From a virus (taxonomy: Duplodnaviria > Caudoviricetes), in the IMG/VR virus record IMGVR_UViG_3300008261_000103, positions 1 through 29,434 of that record: a stretch of 29,434 bases of DNA; one strand, written 5' to 3'. The position numbers were made by a program, and so were the translations under genes. Position 1 is the stretch's first letter. Each line of letters begins with the position of its first letter. Shown here piece by piece: positions 7,286 to 15,898 of the stretch. The notes below the pieces were generated by a model. That model worked only from the letters and a program-made list of their open reading frames with translations. It searched no databases and was not told where the DNA came from.

Positions 7286-8788
7286 TTAGAATTTGATGGA
7301 CTGTACATCAAACGGAAATTTCTCCTCTTTATATATTTTTCTCCGTTCCATACCATGTCGGTAGATATAGTTCATCCAATCATGATCCTCTGTTTTATAA
7401 CGAATATCGTCAATAAAATCGTATATCTTAACAATATCCTTGGATGCGTGTAAACGAAGACCGCGGCCGATTGATTGGCGGATAATTACTTCTGACTTAA
7501 ATGATTCGGTAAAAAATATGTTATGTATGTTTTTAATTGAGATACCGGTAGAAAAGGTGCCATAAGAGGCCACGATAATTACATCATCGTTCTTTTCCAT
7601 TCTTGCTTTAAAGTCTTCCCTAACATCTGCATTAACAGACCCATCAACATAGTAGATCTTTTTATCGGTTATCTGTCTAAGCTTTTGGTAGATCTTTTCA
7701 CCGTATGCAATTTTATGAAAAAGTACCAGAGAATTTGAGGTAGACTTTTTAATTACGTTACAAATAAAGTCTAACCGTTTTTCACTTTCGTTGATAAAGT
7801 TTTGTTCTAATGAAAACAGCTTTTGACGATCATAAGGATTCTTTGATAAACTAGAGAATGCTTCTCTTTGTGCTTCGGTTGCATATTCCATTAGGATCTG
7901 TAATACTTTACATTTTGCAATATGTCCTTCGTCTTGTAAGTAATTTGCTTTTACCTGAGTTACTAAAGGTCCCATAGCCGACATAAGACTTAAACGATCA
8001 ACGGATCCTCTTTTAGGAATTGTTCCACTTAATCCGAAGCGATAATCGCAATGCCAACATTTATCCATAATTTGTTGAATTGATGTTGCCTTTGCCTTAT
8101 GAGTCTCATCTACAAATACAGCATCAAATTGAGTAAAGTAATCCTCTTCATATTTGACAAGTGATTGGTATGTTCCAATAACAATGTTAGAACTTTTTCT
8201 AAGTTTTACACCTGCATAAATTTGTTGGATCCTAATAGGAACACGGCTTTTATTATATTGTTCAAAATCTCCAGTTGCCTGAACAACTAAACTTACATTA
8301 GGAACGATCATTAGGATTTTCTTTTTTCCTAATTGTTCCATCATATAAGCCACTACCATAAATGATATTAAAGTTTTACCGGCAGATGTTGCTAATTCAG
8401 CAAGGCACCTTCTATACTTTAATATTTTGAATGCTGCATCAATTTGATAATCTCTAGGCTTAATATCAGAATCCTTAAAGAAATCATCTACCCATGTAGT
8501 AAAAGTTTCTATAGTTATAGATTGATCAAATATATTAGTAACCCCATTTAACGAAAGTGGAAGATTGTATTCTTTACATATATCAATAACTTCCTTCCAT
8601 AAACCGCCGGGTATCTTATTCTTTTTAATAAATGATATGTTGCCATCCCACAACTTCTTTTTAACGAGCGGGTGAAAGCGCCAGCCATCAATCTTTTTTG
8701 TAAGACTACTTTTTAGCTGTTCATATTCCAATTCGGTACATGAATCAATTACTAAAAACTTTTTATTATCTGATAGAGATAGTTCCAT
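7286..8788 (-). CDS. uvsW: UvsW-like superfamily 2 DNA helicase
   Basis: PRDYQ (Q motif), ATSAGKT (Walker A), VDETH, GLSGT, FSTGISI and QSIGRGLR. 500 aa, adjacent to uvsY. Confidence 0.93.
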   Translation of the reverse strand: MELSLSDNKKFLVIDSCTELEYEQLKSSLTKKIDGWRFHPLVKKKLWDGNISFIKKNKIPGGLWKEVIDICKEYNLPLSLNGVTNIFDQSITIETFTTWVDDFFKDSDIKPRDYQIDAAFKILKYRRCLAELATSAGKTLISFMVVAYMMEQLGKKKILMIVPNVSLVVQATGDFEQYNKSRVPIRIQQIYAGVKLRKSSNIVIGTYQSLVKYEEDYFTQFDAVFVDETHKAKATSIQQIMDKCWHCDYRFGLSGTIPKRGSVDRLSLMSAMGPLVTQVKANYLQDEGHIAKCKVLQILMEYATEAQREAFSSLSKNPYDRQKLFSLEQNFINESEKRLDFICNVIKKSTSNSLVLFHKIAYGEKIYQKLRQITDKKIYYVDGSVNADVREDFKARMEKNDDVIIVASYGTFSTGISIKNIHNIFFTESFKSEVIIRQSIGRGLRLHASKDIVKIYDFIDDIRYKTEDHDWMNYIYRHGMERRKIYKEEKFPFDVQSIKF

Positions 8789-9234
8789 TATTGTTCATCA
8801 TCGAGTCTTATGCGATTACGGATTGCAAAAGCTAGGTTATCCAAGGTTTTAATACATTCTTGGTAATAATCCACATGCGATTGCAACATGTCTATTTGTG
8901 TTCTTAATGAACCTAAATCTGCTTTAATAAATTGATGTTTTTCGCCGCTCGTTAATTTAACATCATAGTTTAAAGTATATTCACGATACTGTGCACGATA
9001 GTATCTTTCCCAGGTTGCATTTCTCTTATATATCATTGTCTTAAAATCAGTAACCTTATCTAAAAGAATTTGTCTATATGAAAGCATACTTACCTGACAA
9101 TCAGAAAGTTCATTCATATTTTTAATTTTAAGAACTAGATCATTTATCTTGGTTTTCCATTCTGTTCTGTCGCTCGTTAGTCTTAATTCGAGTTCCTCGT
9201 TTGCCTGCTTTATTTGTGTGTCATCAAATGCCAT
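8788..9234 (-). CDS. uvsY: UvsY-like recombination mediator
   Basis: 148 aa, helical. KLTSGEKHQFIKAD...IKTLDNLAFAIRNRI fits the UvsY C-terminal pattern. Translationally coupled (TAATG) to uvsW. Confidence 0.7.
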   Translation of the reverse strand: MAFDDTQIKQANEELELRLTSDRTEWKTKINDLVLKIKNMNELSDCQVSMLSYRQILLDKVTDFKTMIYKRNATWERYYRAQYREYTLNYDVKLTSGEKHQFIKADLGSLRTQIDMLQSHVDYYQECIKTLDNLAFAIRNRIRLDDEQ

Positions 9235-9455
9235 TAGAATATTCCTTTATCGTTATTTGTATGTTTAACAACCTTTATTTTAGGTTGAAATTTTTTCTTA
9301 GGTTCATTAACCTTGATGTCCTTTCTTTCATGAGAAAGTTTACTTTTAGTAAACGAAGTAAATAGCTTAATTCGTTTTTGACTATCTTCATAGTCCTCAT
9401 AAAAATCTTCTATCTGCTCGTTCACAAACGATTCATATTTTTTTATCTCAATCAT
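9234..9455 (-). CDS. Small hypothetical protein with capsid-targeting-like motif
   Basis: 73 aa. Overlaps both neighbours (ATGA and TAATG). Contains IKKYESFVNE. Confidence 0.6.
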   Translation of the reverse strand: MIEIKKYESFVNEQIEDFYEDYEDSQKRIKLFTSFTKSKLSHERKDIKVNEPKKKFQPKIKVVKHTNNDKGIF

Positions 9456-10522
9456 ATAAAAATAATATCTAAATGATTGTTTGTAAAATATCTATCAATG
9501 CTCTTTAAGCACCCAGTTCGATGTTCATATTCATATTTTACCAAATCATTTAAGTCTTTTACTTTTTTAACCGGTATGGAATAATCCTTAAGAAATTTAT
9601 CCCACATAAATACAGTTTGACCAGATTTAAGTTTTTCAATCATTCTAGTTTTTCCTTCAATATCATTATCAAAGAAATACCTTGCTGTTGGAATTTCATT
9701 AAATTCTAGGATCTGTTTTTTAACACCAGTTAGGCCAATTGAATTAGTCATAAACATTGCATCAATAGGCCCTTCAAAGATTGTAAAGTCTCTACTTAAA
9801 TCAGCTGATAAAATTCCAAATAACATTGATATCTTATTAAGATTATCAAGATCTTCTTCTGATACTGTCAACGGTTTCTTTAACCTATCATAAATCCGTT
9901 GAATATTCCACGTTTTATATTTAGGACCAGTGCCTTCTAAATCGCGAGTTTGAAACCCGACTACCTTACCATTTGGTGTAAGATTAAAAACATAAAGTTC
10001 TTTTCTACGCGGGTCATAACCAAATTGATTCGTTTTATGTTGTAGCAATCTACTCTTAAGATAAGGGTATGCCCTGTATGTTAATGAATTAATTGGATAG
10101 ACATTAAAGCCTACTGCCAATTCATCAAATGTTAACGCCAATTCCTTTATCTTATCAAATAAGTAAAAATCAAGCGATTCACCTAAAGAAAACGATTTCT
10201 TATTTTCTTTAATATAGTTAAGTACCTCAACACGGTCTTCACCTTCAAAGTTAGAATTAAAGTCTTTAAGAAAAATATCTAGAGAAACGTGAGCAGAACA
10301 ATTATAACAGTGAACAAAGAGATCATTCCAATACAAGTTACCCCTCTTTTTATTAGGGCTTGTTGTTGAATCTCCACAATAAGGGCATGCAAAATTTAAC
10401 CGATCCCGCCCTTCAAGTATTCTTCTTTTTTCAGGATGAGAATGGCTATTATGAAGAACTCGGACTATCTTATCGATAATCCGAGTCTTCATGTCAGAAG
10501 ATATCATAACTTCTGTAGCCAT
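9452..10522 (-). CDS. gp61: T4 gp61-like DNA primase
   Basis: Zinc ribbon CPYCGDS...HCYNC, GFQTR, TOPRIM FEGPIDA and FDND, and KDLND. Confidence 0.9.
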   Translation of the reverse strand: MATEVMISSDMKTRIIDKIVRVLHNSHSHPEKRRILEGRDRLNFACPYCGDSTTSPNKKRGNLYWNDLFVHCYNCSAHVSLDIFLKDFNSNFEGEDRVEVLNYIKENKKSFSLGESLDFYLFDKIKELALTFDELAVGFNVYPINSLTYRAYPYLKSRLLQHKTNQFGYDPRRKELYVFNLTPNGKVVGFQTRDLEGTGPKYKTWNIQRIYDRLKKPLTVSEEDLDNLNKISMLFGILSADLSRDFTIFEGPIDAMFMTNSIGLTGVKKQILEFNEIPTARYFFDNDIEGKTRMIEKLKSGQTVFMWDKFLKDYSIPVKKVKDLNDLVKYEYEHRTGCLKSIDRYFTNNHLDIIFI

Positions 10523-10526
10523 AGGA

Positions 10527-11441
10527 TTAGAGATCTAATCCGTTAATGAAATCATCAAAGTCTTCACCGCCTTCAGATGTTGGTACTTCATCAGTATCAA
10601 AATTCTCTTGAGCAGTTTCTACCTTAGGGGCAGGTTTAGGTGCAGCTTTAGGTGCAGCCTTAGAACCTGAAGTAAGAGTATCAATCGAAGAACCTGGTGA
10701 AGAATACTGAGAAATTACATTCATTACTTTATTTCTCTGTTCATCGTTCCATGATTTATAATCAAAGTTAGCAAGATCAGGAGCATCTTTAAGATAATCC
10801 AAAATCATTTTGCGACCTTCATTAGTATCGGTTACATTTTCACCATTAATGGTCATAGCAGAACGAGAACCTTGGAATTTACATGAATCGTAATTAGGAT
10901 AACCACCTTTCTTAGAAAGAACTAATTCAAAGTTTTTACCTTCAAACGGATCAAATACTTGAGTAGGTTCATCAAATTGTGGATTTAGTTCTTCATCAAT
11001 TTTAGCCTTAATCTTATATCCAAATTTGAATACTTTGATTTGACCTTCAAGATCACGATTTTGTGGATCTTTTACGATTTGAACAAGTGCATAGAATACC
11101 TCCCTGCGCTTTAAACTTTCGGACATCTTTTTATCTACAGCGGATTCACTGTTACGAAGCTTAAAGAACATATCCTGTACTGGACATTTCTCGCCTACAG
11201 TAGATGGAGAATCTGCATAGAAACCATTTCCGTCTCGGTCTTCTAACCAATAAACGAATTTGCGAACGAAAGGTTTGCGGGGATTTTTAATATTAGGTAA
11301 GAACCTAAGTAGAGAACGGTATGTACCGTCTTGCCCTTGATCGGGCTTTGGGGAATAAAGATCGCTGCCTCCGCCTGAAGGGCGATCTCCTGTGTCGAGG
11401 TCGTTAACACTCACACTGAAAATGTCGAATTCATTTGCCAT
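10527..11441 (-). CDS. gp32: T4 gp32-like single-stranded DNA-binding protein
   Basis: LRFLP, CPV, KVFKFGYKIKAKI, FDPFEGKNFEL, GYPNYDSCKF and the acidic tail EDFDDFINGLDL. Confidence 0.92.
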   Translation of the reverse strand: MANEFDIFSVSVNDLDTGDRPSGGGSDLYSPKPDQGQDGTYRSLLRFLPNIKNPRKPFVRKFVYWLEDRDGNGFYADSPSTVGEKCPVQDMFFKLRNSESAVDKKMSESLKRREVFYALVQIVKDPQNRDLEGQIKVFKFGYKIKAKIDEELNPQFDEPTQVFDPFEGKNFELVLSKKGGYPNYDSCKFQGSRSAMTINGENVTDTNEGRKMILDYLKDAPDLANFDYKSWNDEQRNKVMNVISQYSSPGSSIDTLTSGSKAAPKAAPKPAPKVETAQENFDTDEVPTSEGGEDFDDFINGLDL

Positions 11442-11550
11442 TTTAGTTGCCTTTTTTTAAGTTTTGTTTTTAAGTTAATTAAAAGCATAACTTAGCATTG
11501 CCTATTTACGTGCCCGGGATTGCCAATAAAAACTCTGCCTTGTTAATGCC
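11436..11550 (-). repeat. Seven GGCA motifs in the gp32 leader and start
   Basis: Plus-strand TGCC at 11436, 11448, 11499, 11511, 11521, 11536 and 11547. Confidence 0.75.
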
Positions 11551-11586
11551 AGTTACAAATTCCCTGATAAATCAGTTCCTTTGTTA

Positions 11587-11618
11587 TTTATATATTCACA
11601 ACGGTACTTAGTTTCAGA
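11587..11618 (-). promoter_or_regulatory. Bipartite promoter-like element upstream of gp32 (TCTGAAACTAAGT-N10-ATATATAAA)
   Basis: Both boxes and their spacing are identical to the copy at 11907-11938 on the opposite strand. Also overlaps an exact T4 late consensus TATAAATA (11585-11592). Confidence 0.7.
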
Positions 11619-11901
11619 GAATGTTTAGATTTTTATCAATAAGTATTCCTACTACATCAATGTCTCTAATACTAAATACTTTTTCATCATTAACTGTAAA
11701 TTCAGTACCAGCCAGATCATGAAAAAGAATTCTGCAGCCAACCTGGATATCTTCATCGGTAACATCAGGTCCTACCGATATGACAGTTCCTGAATAAGGT
11801 GGAGCATGCTGCCCTTCCAATTTAGGTACATAAATTAGACCTATCTTTTCAGGATATTCATCTTTTTTAAGAAATATTCTATTTTTTATCGCGTTTATCA
11901 T
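11614..11901 (-). CDS. groES: GroES/Cpn10 co-chaperonin
   Basis: 95 aa: AIKNRIFLK, GLIYVP (mobile loop), GTVISVGP, IQVGCRILF, GTEF and IRDIDVVGIL. Confidence 0.88.
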   Translation of the reverse strand: MINAIKNRIFLKKDEYPEKIGLIYVPKLEGQHAPPYSGTVISVGPDVTDEDIQVGCRILFHDLAGTEFTVNDEKVFSIRDIDVVGILIDKNLNIL

Positions 11902-11906
11902 ATGAA

Positions 11907-11938
11907 TCTGAAACTAAGTTAAAAACTCTATATATAAA
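11907..11938 (+). promoter_or_regulatory. Second copy of the bipartite element, pointing antisense toward the resolvase gene
   Basis: TCTGAAACTAAGT TAAAAACTCT ATATATAAA on the plus strand. Confidence 0.6.
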
Positions 11939-11967
11939 ATTTATCTGATTAGTTGAAAGAATAGTAT

Positions 11968-12624
11968 TTATTTACTAGTGGTTTGAGAGTTAAGGATGAA
12001 GTATGCATCTACAAGGTCATCGAGTGGTTTTGGAATTTTTTGACTGTAATCTTTTCCTTGTACATATTTCCATAATTTTGTATTTCTTAGATCTTTATCA
12101 TTAAGGACATCATCCTGGAATGCTTTAATCATAAAATGTTTATTTGCATTTCCTTTACCTGCTAACTTCTTTACATGCGAAGGCTGAAAAATTGATATCT
12201 TTTCAGATCCATAAGTATTTAGTAAAGCTGCTCTTAGGAATGAATTGTATTGTACAATGTCAATAAAAGAATTCCCAGTTGAACCATAAGAGAATCCCTC
12301 TAGTGATACATGAGTATCATCAGTTCCAAAAAATGTTATAAGAGAATTTGAAATAAGGTCTGCGATAGATTTACAGTCTTCAAGCTTTTCCCTTTCCCTG
12401 ACGAGAAATGAATCTGCCATAACGTTACGAAAATAAGGAAATCCTAAAATTGTTCTATCATCAATTAGTTCTTTATGAACCTCAAATGCCTTTGGCATTT
12501 TTTTAGTATCATCCCAGATACGGTCTCCAAAATTAAAAAATGAAATGAAGACATATTTGCCTTCATGATTCTTTATACATACAGCTGGACTATTCAGCGA
12601 AAAATCAATACCTATTCTTAGCAC
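11968..12624 (-). CDS. RuvC-like Holliday junction resolvase (RNase H fold)
   Basis: IGIDFSLNSPAVC, SLEGFSY, PSHVKKLAGKGNANK and DDLVDAY. GTG start. Confidence 0.85.
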   Translation of the reverse strand: MLRIGIDFSLNSPAVCIKNHEGKYVFISFFNFGDRIWDDTKKMPKAFEVHKELIDDRTILGFPYFRNVMADSFLVREREKLEDCKSIADLISNSLITFFGTDDTHVSLEGFSYGSTGNSFIDIVQYNSFLRAALLNTYGSEKISIFQPSHVKKLAGKGNANKHFMIKAFQDDVLNDKDLRNTKLWKYVQGKDYSQKIPKPLDDLVDAYFILNSQTTSK

Positions 12625-12635
12625 AAAAATTTAGA

Positions 12636-12989
12636 TTAGAGTCTCTTACCTAATACTGCACCTAATGCAGCACCAACAAGTCGACTAGTTAATAGATCAT
12701 AAAGAGCGCCTTTTTCAATTCCTAAGACTTTACAAATGGCTTCACCAATACTTTTACCTAACGCAAAACCAGTAAGACCCCCAAAGATTGATCCTAAGAT
12801 CCCTTCGTTGACAATCTCTTCAACAATTTCGTCAAGATTTTGTCCATTGTTATGGGCGTCTACAATTCTTTGTACTGCTTCATCAATAGCTGCATTCTGT
12901 TCTTCTGATAATTCTGATTCATTTAAGACCTTTAATAGATCATCAGTATCAGCCTTGGATTCAATTATGTAGTCTTTAAAGGTTTTCAT
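12636..12989 (-). CDS. Putative internal virion protein with capsid-targeting-like N-terminus and glycine-zipper C-terminus
   Basis: MKTFKDYIIE, compared with T4 IPII/IPIII MKTYQEFIAE. Glycine zippers G66-G70-G74-G78-G82 and G106-G110-G114. Confidence 0.6.
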   Translation of the reverse strand: MKTFKDYIIESKADTDDLLKVLNESELSEEQNAAIDEAVQRIVDAHNNGQNLDEIVEEIVNEGILGSIFGGLTGFALGKSIGEAICKVLGIEKGALYDLLTSRLVGAALGAVLGKRL

Positions 12990-13005
12990 CTGTTCTTTAT
13001 TTAAT

Positions 13006-13013
13006 TATATATT
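13006..13013 (-). promoter_or_regulatory. Putative late-promoter-like motif AATATATA
   Basis: 16 nt upstream of the ATG at 12989. Confidence 0.45.
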
Positions 13014-13566
13014 AGACAAGATCTACCTTGAATTCAAGGAAGTTATGGTGGAATACCATGTCAAAGGTTTGGAACTCTACTGTGTTACTTGAAAAATTAA
13101 GATCCAGGTTACTAACGCTGATCCAAACCATCTGTCTTAGCTTAACAGTAACGAGTACATTTCCTTCACCATCTAGCATCTGTATACCATTTCCTTCTGG
13201 TACATGGGATGTCTTACCACTTAGATTATAGTAATAATTAAAAGTATCAATAGCCATCCAATAATTAATCCAACCATCAAACGCCTGCATCGTAACAGTA
13301 AACTCGCTTTCATAAAGTTCTTCCACCGGTAAACTTGATCTATAACCCCTAGTATAACCTGGGTAATTATTTTGTTCAGTTGGAGTATAAGACGGTCCTG
13401 GTAAATTTATAGATTGAATACCATAGTTAAAATAGTCAATTGGTTCTTTAATAAGTCCACCAGGCATCCTATTAAAGTAAGGTCTATACTTATCCGCAAT
13501 TACTGGAGGAATAAAGTTTCTAGGAAACGAAAATCTAAATTGGTTATTTCTTGCACTGAGTAGCAT
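13012..13566 (-). CDS. Tail tube-fold protein, T4 gp3 (tube terminator)/gp19-like
   Basis: 184 aa. NQFRF, IQSINLPG, FTVTM...INYW and ISVSNLDLN...FDMVF follow the gp3/gp19 pattern. Confidence 0.6.
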   Translation of the reverse strand: MLLSARNNQFRFSFPRNFIPPVIADKYRPYFNRMPGGLIKEPIDYFNYGIQSINLPGPSYTPTEQNNYPGYTRGYRSSLPVEELYESEFTVTMQAFDGWINYWMAIDTFNYYYNLSGKTSHVPEGNGIQMLDGEGNVLVTVKLRQMVWISVSNLDLNFSSNTVEFQTFDMVFHHNFLEFKVDLV

Positions 13567-13576
13567 ATCTTAATCT

Positions 13577-14521
13577 TTATTGAATACTGTTTGCACCGCT
13601 TGTAAAACCGTTTGCACCGCTTGTAAAACCGTTTCCGCCCCCTGTAAAACCACCTAAGCCGCTTAATCCAGATGTTACTTGATTAACACCGGGTATTGTC
13701 TTAATTAATTGTTTAGCTGCTTGTGTAAAAAATGCCTTTTGCTTAGCAGCAGTTGAAGCAGTTTCTTTTACTTTATTAATTGACTCAATCTGTTGTCTTT
13801 GATATTTTACAAGTTCCTCTGCCTGCTGAGCGGCAGTAGCCTGAGATAATAAAGCCTCGGCTGTAGCTGATCCTAATTTTTCACTCAATGTAGCAACTTC
13901 ATTTGAAAGATTTTGATTACTTTCTTTAAGAGAGCCAATTACAACGGTTTGCTCATTTATTAATTGATCTTTTTGTTGTATGTCAGCTGTCAATTTTTCA
14001 ACTTGACTTTGTAAGGATGCAATTTCTTTTGAATATTGTAACCTAGCTTCTTCTAATTGAGTACTCAAAGAAACCTTAGGTTCTTCTGTAAATGACAAGA
14101 ATGTTCCTGTGTATAAAACCGATTCATCAGATTCTCCACTAGGATCAACCATTTTAGTTGAGATATAAAAGTTTCTGTTATCTAAAGCAAGAATTTTTTT
14201 GGCATCATCACTGTCTATTCTAAAAAGAACTTGACCTGACGCCATATCAACATTTTGAACATTTGTATAATTAGGAATTCTAATTTCATCCTTCTCTCCA
14301 ATGAATACCATATAAAGAGTACCTACATTACTAAGATCAATCGGAGTATTAACGCCATCAGTTTCATCAAAGATTGTAAAAATAAAATAGTCGTCAAATG
14401 GCGATATCTTAATTGTACCTTCACCCTGTGATTTAGGTTCTTCGTTTACTGAAAGATTGACAAACCTCTTATAAACCTGAGTCTCTTTCTCCGATAATGG
14501 TATTTCTGTATTAACTGCCAT
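13577..14521 (-). CDS. Hypothetical virion protein: beta-rich N-terminal domain, coiled coil and Gly-rich tail
   Basis: PIDLSN...GQVLFRI (BppU-like appearance), heptads at about aa 150-260, and terminal NGFTSGA repeats. Confidence 0.45.
   Translation of the reverse strand: MAVNTEIPLSEKETQVYKRFVNLSVNEEPKSQGEGTIKISPFDDYFIFTIFDETDGVNTPIDLSNVGTLYMVFIGEKDEIRIPNYTNVQNVDMASGQVLFRIDSDDAKKILALDNRNFYISTKMVDPSGESDESVLYTGTFLSFTEEPKVSLSTQLEEARLQYSKEIASLQSQVEKLTADIQQKDQLINEQTVVIGSLKESNQNLSNEVATLSEKLGSATAEALLSQATAAQQAEELVKYQRQQIESINKVKETASTAAKQKAFFTQAAKQLIKTIPGVNQVTSGLSGLGGFTGGGNGFTSGANGFTSGANSIQ
13589..13651. repeat. 21-bp tandem repeat (2 perfect copies plus 1 degenerate)
   Basis: GTTTGCACCGCTTGTAAAACC at 13589-13609 and 13610-13630, with variant GTTTCCGCCCCCTGTAAAACC at 13631-13651. 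Confidence 0.92.
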
Positions 14522-14522
14522 C

Positions 14523-15884
14523 TTATTCAGTAATGTTTTGTATTTTTGCAGGTGATATTGCAGCTTTAATATTTATCCTATCTCTAAAACTAGTAACATA
14601 CTTAGTCTTTACCACCAATTTCTCTGTGATTTGTTCAGAGGTATTTGCACGGTTATTACCAGATCCTGTTGATACAATAATGTTTCTTCCATCGTCTGGT
14701 GCAATCTGATTAACTACGTTTGCAACAGTAGGAACCGTTCCTAAATTAATCTTCATTAATCTTCTTCCGTACTTCTTAACATCAAATGAAGTTAATCTAG
14801 CATTCTTAATGATTTGAGAATTATCGGCTCTATTATAAAGTCTCAGTACATAATTAATTGCAAATGATACCGCTATTCCACTATTAAGAACAATCGGTCT
14901 ATACAGGATAGGATTATCAAAATCATTAGTTTGTGAAACTATTTGATTGTTTGTTTGAATATAAGTATTTCCTATCTGTTCACTTAATGTAATTTCATGA
15001 AATACCACATAGTTACCACCGGCCGAATTAAGTTCGGCAATAAGATTAGAAAGAGAAGAACCGTTTACTAACCCGGTCAATTCAAAATAGTCTCCAACCG
15101 GCGATTCAATTACACTTGCATATAGATAATCATAAATATCTCTATTAAGAATCGTATATGCATTAATTTCTTTTACTTCATAAAAGCTATATGCATTAAC
15201 AGTCTGTGTACTTAAAATGCCTAATGCTCTAATAGTTAAAGTAGGACTGGTAATAAATCCTAATCCTTCAGTTAACTTATATCCTAATCCATTTGATACA
15301 TTAGGATTAAAATTCTGACTTATGTTATAAAGAGATGGTACTCTCCATTCAATATAAGTAGAATATAACTTATCAGCAATAAGAAGTGGATCAGGATTAA
15401 AAACCGGAGTATCGGTCTTTAGAAAGTTTATTGAAGAAAGTACGATGTCATCACCATTTCTCTTTTGTGTAGTGACATCAAAAATAATACCATCATAATC
15501 TTCAAAGGAAAACCCTGCAACAAAATGTACTCTTACCTTATCATATTCAATATTTAGGTTAGGTGAAAATGTTTGTAATAACTGAGGTGTTGGCGTTAAT
15601 TCAGGATCATAATCATTATAAGGTACACCTATACTAGTGTCAAGATAAACATATTGAGATTTAGCAGCATTAATAGGTACAGCAGAGATATCTCTATAAT
15701 TACCCATTGTAGCAGCAACAGTATCTGTATTAAAGAAATAAGAACCGTTTGTATAACCATCTCTCATTATCTCAATAGGATAGGTTCCGGTATTAAAAGT
15801 ATTTGGACCAGGGTTGGCCTGGTCAATGTAAATATACTCGACGAGAATGCTATCCGATAGTTGTATAAATTTAGATGATTCCAT
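14523..15884 (-). CDS. Hypothetical virion structural protein
   Basis: 453-aa beta-rich, Asn/Thr/Tyr-rich ORF in the structural block. No motif recognised. Confidence 0.5.
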   Translation of the reverse strand: MESSKFIQLSDSILVEYIYIDQANPGPNTFNTGTYPIEIMRDGYTNGSYFFNTDTVAATMGNYRDISAVPINAAKSQYVYLDTSIGVPYNDYDPELTPTPQLLQTFSPNLNIEYDKVRVHFVAGFSFEDYDGIIFDVTTQKRNGDDIVLSSINFLKTDTPVFNPDPLLIADKLYSTYIEWRVPSLYNISQNFNPNVSNGLGYKLTEGLGFITSPTLTIRALGILSTQTVNAYSFYEVKEINAYTILNRDIYDYLYASVIESPVGDYFELTGLVNGSSLSNLIAELNSAGGNYVVFHEITLSEQIGNTYIQTNNQIVSQTNDFDNPILYRPIVLNSGIAVSFAINYVLRLYNRADNSQIIKNARLTSFDVKKYGRRLMKINLGTVPTVANVVNQIAPDDGRNIIVSTGSGNNRANTSEQITEKLVVKTKYVTSFRDRINIKAAISPAKIQNITE

Positions 15885-15890
15885 TTGTTC

Positions 15891-15898
15891 TATTTATT
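15891..15898 (-). promoter_or_regulatory. Putative late-promoter-like motif AATAAATA
   Basis: Only 6 nt upstream of the ATG at 15884 and overlaps a stop codon; weak. Confidence 0.25.

Noticed and set aside
13577-15884. Possible frameshift-split single gene (TAA-G-ATG junction at 14521-14523)
   Set aside because: A clean stop and immediate ATG fit ordinary translational coupling and no slippery site is evident; homolog comparison would be needed to revisit this.
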